This document shows, piece by piece, positions 26,475-32,000 of a stretch of DNA of 32,000 bases. The DNA lies in assembly GCF_000092105.1 (NCBI RefSeq), contig NC_014148.1, positions 150,001 through 182,000 on the forward strand. Direction: 5' to 3'. A model generated the notes under the pieces. It did not search any database. It saw nothing but the letters and a program-made list of their open reading frames with translations, and had not been told where the DNA came from. The position numbers were made by a program, and so were the translations under genes. How positions within the stretch are numbered: position 1 is the first letter of the stretch; each line of letters opens with the position of its first letter. The stretch comes from Planctopirus limnophila DSM 3776 (GTDB lineage: Bacteria; Planctomycetota; Planctomycetia; Planctomycetales; Planctomycetaceae).

Positions 26475-28523
26475 TTACTTCTTGGTGTAGCGGTGGCGAA
26501 ACGGATAACTCAGGACAATCTGCTCAACAAGCACCTCTGACTTATCATCATGGGATTTCAGGGCTTCGAGCGTTTCCTTGATCACACATTGGTCGAACTT
26601 GTTGAGACCACGTCCCAGGGCATAACCGAGCATTTTCTTGGTCAGATTCCGCAGAAACTCCCCTTTCCGCTTGAGCAGAATCTGCTTCATTTCGGCCGGG
26701 CCGCTGAAGTTTTCGCCACTGGGAAGTTTGCCAGAAGCATCGATGGCAAGGCCTGCTTCAGCCGTTCGAAATCGACCAAGGACATCGAAGTTTTCGAGGC
26801 CGAACCCTAATGGATCCATGCGGTTATGGCAGGCCGAACAGGCCGGATCCTGCCGATGCTTTTCCAATCGCTCTCGCAAAGACAATGGTGGAGCATTCGG
26901 ATCGTGCTCTGGCAATGGTGGCACGCCGGGAGGTGGCGGCGGGACTTTACTACCGAGCACTTCTTCAAGTACCCATCGTCCCCGCAGGACAGGACTCGTT
27001 CGAAATGGATACGAAGTGTGCACCATGACAGCCCCTTGCGTCACAATGCCGCCCCGGTACTTCTGATCATCGGTGAGCGATACCTGAACCATGGCATTTG
27101 AGCCGGGCTTGGGCAGGCCATAATGTTCTGCCAGTCGATCATTCACAAAGACATAGTCGGCCACCAGGAGTTCGCGGAGACTGCGATTCTGCCGGAAGAC
27201 CGCAGTCAAAGTCTCGATACTTTCCTGTCTCATGGCCTGGAGTAGATCACTGTCAAACTCGGGAAACAGCTTCGCATCAGGCCGGGTGGTTTCTCCGAAC
27301 TGAGATAGCCCCAGCCATTGCATGCCAAAGTTTTCACCCAGACCACGTACGCGTGGATCGGCGAGCATGCGTCGGACTTGCGCCTTCAGCACGTCGTCCT
27401 GAAGCAGTTGGCCCGATTCGGCCAGTTGCAGAAGTTCATCATCAGGCAGACTCGACCAGAGAAAGTAAGAGAGCCGCGATGCCAGTGGATATGGGGGCAG
27501 TGCATGCACCCCTTCCTGACTTGGCTCAGGCTCCGCCAGAAACAGAAAATGAGGCGAAATGAGAATCGCCATCAAGGGCAATCGCATGGCCTGTGGGAAA
27601 GGATCGCCCCTCTGATATGCCTGATCGAATAGTGCCAACAGCGGCTCTAGATCTTCCTTGTGGATGGGTCGCCGGTAGGCTCTTTTGACGAATGGCTCAA
27701 GGTTCAATCGTGCGGCTTCTCGCGGCGTTAAGGCAGCCCCCGGCCAATGTGCCAGCAGCTTCCGCCTCGCGGTTTCCAGTGGGTCGATGGATTGACTGGA
27801 CTCGCGTTGTTGTATGGCAGCAGGTTGTTCTCGCAAGCTTTCAGGAAGAAGCTGACTGGCCACATCGGTGGCGACGTCGAGATACTTTTCTGCAAGAATA
27901 GCTGAGGTGAAGAGCGACGAGCCATTGGTATCAAAACCTTCACCACCTGCCCCATCAGCCGGGATGCGAGAGAGAATCTGAAAGTCGTAATTGAACAGAT
28001 CCCGCACGCTGTTGGCGTACTCGGCCCGTGTGAGCCGGCGGCTCATCACATAGCCTTGATAAAAATTCTGGGTGGCATCGGTCGCCAGATTGCGGCATTC
28101 GTTCTCAGGCCGGGGGAGTGTGCCATACCAACTCAAGAATCGTTGGAACTCTTCCTCGGATGGCTGAGGGCTCCCTTCGGGAGGCATCTCTTTGGCTTTG
28201 ACGCGCTGGATAATCGTCTCCCATTTCGGAAGCGATTCCAGCACTCGCTGCGGTTCTTTATAGACAGCGAGATTCAGCTCGCCTTCCATTTTTTTATCGT
28301 CGTGGCAACTGAAGCAATACTTCTTGAGATAAGGCTTGGCATCGCGATCAAAGGCCACGGGATCGGCACCATGAACTATCGAAGTGAAAAGCCCAAAACA
28401 TACGATGAGCATTAACAACTGCAGACGGCACCGAAAAGAAACAACATCTCGACGTGACCAACCCTGGCTGAAAATCATCAGCATTCGGCTCATGCAGCAA
28501 TGGTCGAAATCAAGACAGCGCAT
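26475..28523 (-). CDS. PSCyt / DUF1587-DUF1592-DUF1595-DUF1588-DUF1585 family protein (planctomycete cytochrome-c-like multidomain protein)
   Basis: 682 aa. N-terminal hydrophobic segment, then CFSCHDDKK (a CxxCH heme-like motif, PSCyt). Near the C-terminus, CSACHNRMDPLGFGLENFD is typical of the DUF1588/1585 region. The gene is paired with a DUF1501 gene. Confidence 0.88.
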   Translation of the reverse strand: MRCLDFDHCCMSRMLMIFSQGWSRRDVVSFRCRLQLLMLIVCFGLFTSIVHGADPVAFDRDAKPYLKKYCFSCHDDKKMEGELNLAVYKEPQRVLESLPKWETIIQRVKAKEMPPEGSPQPSEEEFQRFLSWYGTLPRPENECRNLATDATQNFYQGYVMSRRLTRAEYANSVRDLFNYDFQILSRIPADGAGGEGFDTNGSSLFTSAILAEKYLDVATDVASQLLPESLREQPAAIQQRESSQSIDPLETARRKLLAHWPGAALTPREAARLNLEPFVKRAYRRPIHKEDLEPLLALFDQAYQRGDPFPQAMRLPLMAILISPHFLFLAEPEPSQEGVHALPPYPLASRLSYFLWSSLPDDELLQLAESGQLLQDDVLKAQVRRMLADPRVRGLGENFGMQWLGLSQFGETTRPDAKLFPEFDSDLLQAMRQESIETLTAVFRQNRSLRELLVADYVFVNDRLAEHYGLPKPGSNAMVQVSLTDDQKYRGGIVTQGAVMVHTSYPFRTSPVLRGRWVLEEVLGSKVPPPPPGVPPLPEHDPNAPPLSLRERLEKHRQDPACSACHNRMDPLGFGLENFDVLGRFRTAEAGLAIDASGKLPSGENFSGPAEMKQILLKRKGEFLRNLTKKMLGYALGRGLNKFDQCVIKETLEALKSHDDKSEVLVEQIVLSYPFRHRYTKK

Positions 28524-28873
28524 GGCAGTTGATCAATCGTGAGGAAGGCAGGATTCCGTCGGCGGGAGATCAGGCAGGTCTTTCATCAATCGTTGTTGAT
28601 GCTTATGAAGTTTAGGCTCCACAGTCTGCATTTGCAATGTTGTTTACTTGCCTCCTCTATTTCGAGAGATCTGGGGTGTGCTGTTGGGTGGAACATTGCT
28701 GTGCGATCTCTCAAAAAAACTTGGCCAAAGTCATCAAAACCTGAGACAATGAGAGTCGAATGCTTATGACGGATGCCACTGGCTCTTTCCGTAATCTCTC
28801 CAGACACTTGTCACGGATGATGGGTATTGAACGGAATGCCTTTTTAGATACAGCACAGGCAAGGAGACCAGCC

Positions 28874-29221
28874 ATGAGTTCCATTGGTTTTGGAGGTTAC
28901 GGTTCGCCATTTGTGTCGGGTGCTGCCGGTATTCCAGCGGCCCAGCCGCAGGGCTCACAGAATCAAAGGGCTACAGCCAGTAGCGATGCCAATCGCGATC
29001 TCTCGATTGCACAACTCAACGAGAAATCGATTGGCGATCTGGCCGAAAATCACGGGGTCGACGATCGCGATGCCGATGGTCGCATGCCGTGGACAGCCAA
29101 CGAAGAACCACCAGTGGAGCAGCCCGAGGCCAGCGAAAGCCAACAGCCGATCCACAAACCGCCGCTGCATCCCCTCGATGCTGACGGTGAACGTGGCACA
29201 CTCTTCGATAGCGACGCCTGA
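28874..29221 (+). CDS. small acidic, probably disordered hypothetical protein
   Basis: ATG 28874 is preceded by a strong SD, AAGGAGA (28861-28867). The 115-aa protein is Gly/Gln/Asp/Glu/Pro-rich and contains GVDDRDADGRMPW. The ORF track start at 28760 lacks SD support. Confidence 0.55.
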   Translation: MSSIGFGGYGSPFVSGAAGIPAAQPQGSQNQRATASSDANRDLSIAQLNEKSIGDLAENHGVDDRDADGRMPWTANEEPPVEQPEASESQQPIHKPPLHPLDADGERGTLFDSDA

Positions 29222-29348
29222 GCGATGATCCAGTAGCGGGCTGCAGTATTTAAGGAATGGGCGAGGGTTTTTCACCTCTGCTCCCGCTCCGACGGGAAAT
29301 GGCTTAGGGAAGAATCAGCAAAAGATGGGCTTCGATGGGGTGCTCAGC

Positions 29349-30119
29349 TCAAGCGAACCGGCTCAAAAAGGCAACCATCCTCGGTGCGGCAGCATCCGGC
29401 TCGGAATTCCACAGGGTCCCTGGAGTCGTTTCCAGGCTGATCTCGTGCGGACAACCTGTCGAACTCAATTTGGTCTGCAATGTTTGACAACCCGGATAGC
29501 AGAAGTCGTTGCCAGGGTCGCAGAGAATGAGTTGATGATTGGGACGCAGCAGTGGATTGAGCCAGACTGTCGCTTCCTGTTGGCGAACCGCTTCTGCAGT
29601 CGGGAACAATCGATCGAGAGAGGTTCCCAATCCATGGATATTGTGCAAATCGACCTTGGGAGCAATCGCGGCAACGATTGGAAACTTTCGGGGATGTCGA
29701 TAAGCCACTCTCAAGGCACCTTGTCCTCCCACCTCGTAACCTGCCAGTACATAAGGCAGGCCAGTTTCCTGCAGGTAAGGCTGAAGTTGATCTGTCAGCC
29801 AGGCCTCGGGACTGATGGGAGCCTGGGCTGTGGAAGAACTTTCATGGATTGGCATTTCCCCCGCATCGAGCCACCAGCAATAAGGAGCCGTGGTGTGATC
29901 AAGTGGCTGATCAGCGAAGACCTTGCCCAAGCCATGCGGCGCAATGATTGACACACTCGCCTTCAGTGCCTCTTGTGACCACGCTTCGCTGGCTACCAGC
30001 GTGTTGCCATCCATCCCGTGGAGGAACACAATGATTGCTTTGACCGCAGGAGGTGTGAAGACATCGCAGGTCACATTGGCGATGAGACTCGACTGCCAGA
30101 GTTCAGAAAGTTGATTCAT
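29349..30119 (-). CDS. esterase-D/alpha-beta-hydrolase-like protein with apparently substituted catalytic residues
   Basis: 256 aa. IIVFLHGMDGN and LAGYEVGGQGALRVAYRHPRKFPIVAAIAP align by eye with the esterase D segment [30 protein letters not shown]. The start overlaps the moaC stop as ATGA (30116-30119). Confidence 0.65.
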   Translation of the reverse strand: MNQLSELWQSSLIANVTCDVFTPPAVKAIIVFLHGMDGNTLVASEAWSQEALKASVSIIAPHGLGKVFADQPLDHTTAPYCWWLDAGEMPIHESSSTAQAPISPEAWLTDQLQPYLQETGLPYVLAGYEVGGQGALRVAYRHPRKFPIVAAIAPKVDLHNIHGLGTSLDRLFPTAEAVRQQEATVWLNPLLRPNHQLILCDPGNDFCYPGCQTLQTKLSSTGCPHEISLETTPGTLWNSEPDAAAPRMVAFLSRFA

Positions 30120-30592
30120 GAGGGTGCCGACCAGCTTCCGGATTTCCCACCGGTTTTGGAAAGGAGCCGAATCGGGCCGATCGTCATAGCTTTATCGATG
30201 CTTTTGCACATGTCATAGACAGTGAGAGCAGCAATCGAAACCGCCGTGAGAGCTTCCATTTCGACACCTGTTTTCGCCGTCAGGCTGGCTGTGGCCACAA
30301 TGCGAAGTTCATCGGGTGATGTGAAAGAAAATTCTATCTCGACGGAATCAAGCCCTAGAGGATGACAGAGTGGAATCAGATCGGCAGTTTTTTTAGCCGC
30401 CATGATCCCCGCCAGACGGGCGACTTCGAGTACATTACCTTTCGCGGTTCCTCCACCAGCCATGCGAGTGATCGTCTCTGGGTGAGCTGTAACAAATCCT
30501 TCGGCTGTGGCAGTTCTCTCAGTGACAGGTTTATGGCCCACATTCACCATACGTGAGTGCCCTTCGCTGTCGAAATGGGTCAAATCTGTCAT
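30116..30592 (-). CDS. moaC: cyclic pyranopterin monophosphate synthase MoaC
   Basis: HKPVTERTA, DLIPLCHPL and TGVEMEALTAVSIAALTVYDMCK are the hallmark MoaC motifs. Start preferred at ATG 30592 (MTDLTHFD); the longest ORF begins at 30628. Confidence 0.9.
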   Translation of the reverse strand: MTDLTHFDSEGHSRMVNVGHKPVTERTATAEGFVTAHPETITRMAGGGTAKGNVLEVARLAGIMAAKKTADLIPLCHPLGLDSVEIEFSFTSPDELRIVATASLTAKTGVEMEALTAVSIAALTVYDMCKSIDKAMTIGPIRLLSKTGGKSGSWSAPS

Positions 30593-30689
30593 GATCGAGG
30601 ATCCAAATTTCTGGAATGAAGCCAGCACTTAGTCATAATTCAGATTAACTATGTTTGGCTGAATCTGCCTGCCTGAAAGAGTGAAGTTG

Positions 30690-31580
30690 ATGGAGCTCCC
30701 AGCCGAAACAACTCGTCATCACCAGCACAATTCGATGCCTGGCCACGCCTCAGTCGTTGTGCCGGTTATTGATACTCGTAATGGCTGGGCAGTGCATGCG
30801 ATTGCTGGAAATCGAGCCCTTTATCGACCTTGGACAGATTCTTTTCAGCAGCCACGCAAGCCTCAACAGTTGGCCGAAGAGTTTTCCAGGGTCTGGCAAC
30901 CACGTTGGCTCTATGTCGCTGATCTCGATGGGATCATCGATGGCCAACCGCAAACAAGCAGCTGGCCTTGTTTGCCGGGAGATGGTCCGCGAATTCTGAT
31001 GGATGCCGGTTTTCGAGAAATCGATGATGTTCTAACGGCCGTGAACCTCGGCTACGAGGTCATTCTGGGAACGGAGTCGTTACCGTCGATGGCATGGCTG
31101 CAGGAACTGATCGTTCGACTGGAAGACTCACAACGATTGTGGATTTCGCTCGATTTTCGCCAGGGCCAATGGCAGGCACCTGCCGAGTTCCAGCAACTGG
31201 GCCTCACGGATTTCATCAGCCAACTCTCCAACTGGTCAATGACGCATTGGATCGTGCTGGATCTGGCAGATGTGGGTCAGGGCACCGGAGGTTCAACGGC
31301 AGAGCAGATTCGACTGCTCCGAGAAACATTGGAGAAATCGAGTCGCAACTGGAAACACCCTGCCGAAAGCTATCAAAGCAGGCTTGCCCAAAGCTGCCAG
31401 CATGGCACACAGGTAGTTCCAACAGAAAGAACCCCCACCATTCTGGCTGGTGGAGGCATGCGGACGGCCCAGGATGTTCTGCAATTGCAGACACAGGGCG
31501 TGAGTGGTGTGCTCGTGGCCACAGCGCTGATGACAGGCACCATCACACCCGATCAGTTCGCCCCTTTACGAATGCCTTAA
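30690..31580 (+). CDS. HisA/HisF-family (beta/alpha)8-barrel protein, COG1411-like
   Basis: VVPVIDTRNGWAVHAIAGNRALYRP (beta1 Asp), WIVLDLADVGQGTGG and ILAGGGMRTAQDVLQLQTQGVSGVLVATALMTG (phosphate-binding GGG) fit HisA/HisF-type barrels. The start is ambiguous between GTG 30681 and ATG 30690. Confidence 0.7.
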   Translation: MELPAETTRHHQHNSMPGHASVVVPVIDTRNGWAVHAIAGNRALYRPWTDSFQQPRKPQQLAEEFSRVWQPRWLYVADLDGIIDGQPQTSSWPCLPGDGPRILMDAGFREIDDVLTAVNLGYEVILGTESLPSMAWLQELIVRLEDSQRLWISLDFRQGQWQAPAEFQQLGLTDFISQLSNWSMTHWIVLDLADVGQGTGGSTAEQIRLLRETLEKSSRNWKHPAESYQSRLAQSCQHGTQVVPTERTPTILAGGGMRTAQDVLQLQTQGVSGVLVATALMTGTITPDQFAPLRMP

Positions 31581-31636
31581 GCGATCTGACAAGCTGTTCG
31601 ATGAGAATTGTTTACTGCTGATTGACTCGTCTGTCC

Positions 31637-32000
31637 TCAGGCGGTGACTTCAGCCGGTGTGGGATTCATTTTTTCATACGCCGAGAGAATGAGTTCTTCG
31701 GTTTCTTCCCAGCCAATACAGCCATCGGTAATGGAGACGCCGTACTTCAGATCGGCAGGGTTTTTGAGAGGCTGATTGCCAGGGAAGAGGTTACTTTCCA
31801 CCATCACCCCTGCCAGTGCAGTCTCTCCGTCAAGACGTCGCTGAATAACATCGTTCCAGACAATGTGCTGCTTGGTGTAATCCTTGTTGGAATTCGCATG
31901 GCTGCAATCCACCATGATTCGATCACAAAGATTGAGTGCCCGGAGCTTGGAAACCGCTTCCTGCACGTTTTCTGGTGCATAGTTGGGAGCTGTTCGTCCG
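31637..32000 (-). CDS. 3-deoxy-7-phosphoheptulonate (DAHP) synthase, class I AroF/G/H type, C-terminal part (5' end outside the window)
   Basis: GRTAPNYAPENV ... IMVDCSHANS ... GVMVESNLFPGNQ ... YGVSITDGCIGWEETE parallels E. coli AroG RGGKEPNYSAKHV ... MIDFSHANS ... VMVESHLVEGNQ ... YGKSITDACIGWEDT. The frame stays open to the window edge. Confidence 0.9.
   Translation of the reverse strand, partial: GRTAPNYAPENVQEAVSKLRALNLCDRIMVDCSHANSNKDYTKQHIVWNDVIQRRLDGETALAGVMVESNLFPGNQPLKNPADLKYGVSITDGCIGWEETEELILSAYEKMNPTPAEVTA

Noticed and set aside
28664-28712. 8-bp inverted repeat GAGAGATC/GATCTCTC with a 33-nt spacer in the divergent promoter region
   Set aside because: It could be an operator or a hairpin, but a single short inverted repeat with a long spacer cannot be told from chance without comparative data. 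It is noted only under the small-protein finding.

Overview
This 32 kb window looks like chromosomal DNA from a Planctomycetota genome, by eye about 53-56% GC. The phylum call is an inference from gene content: a PSCyt/DUF1592-type gene next to a DUF1501 gene, Tat-signal Gfo/Idh/MocA and FAD oxidoreductases, a LamG protein, and many lineage-specific secreted Pro/Tyr-rich proteins. I call about 26 CDS. Housekeeping or recognisable genes are L-serine dehydratase (sdaA), MoaC, a partial class-I DAHP synthase, a LysM-YkuD L,D-transpeptidase, a DinB-family protein, an HD-domain protein, a MacB/FtsX-type permease, a GAF-PP2C phosphatase, and a roughly 1560-aa soluble hybrid histidine kinase with about nine PAS modules. 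I found no rRNA, tRNA or CRISPR array. Items worth a second look, in rough order of interest: (1) a secreted hyper-cysteine CAAPxACAPx repeat protein (6413-7003, minus strand), followed by about 500 nt of hairpin-rich non-coding sequence that ends in a clean intrinsic terminator; (2) a short ORF whose N-terminus matches the Cas10/Csm1 or mCpol palm-domain signature (GDxSGIQxFxF...LRARSF) and then breaks off, so it is probably a gene remnant; (3) an IS5-family transposase C-terminal remnant on the other flank of the giant kinase gene, which suggests local rearrangement; (4) an esterase-D-like protein whose nucleophile Ser and triad His appear substituted, joined to moaC by an ATGA overlap; (5) a HisA/HisF-like TIM-barrel protein with an apparent insertion; (6) a perfect 15-nt x3 tandem repeat inside a Tat signal peptide; (7) an orphan FtsX/MacB permease embedded in a DUF1592-DUF1501-permease-HD same-strand string. 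All family assignments come from motif recognition by eye and need HMM or BLAST confirmation.
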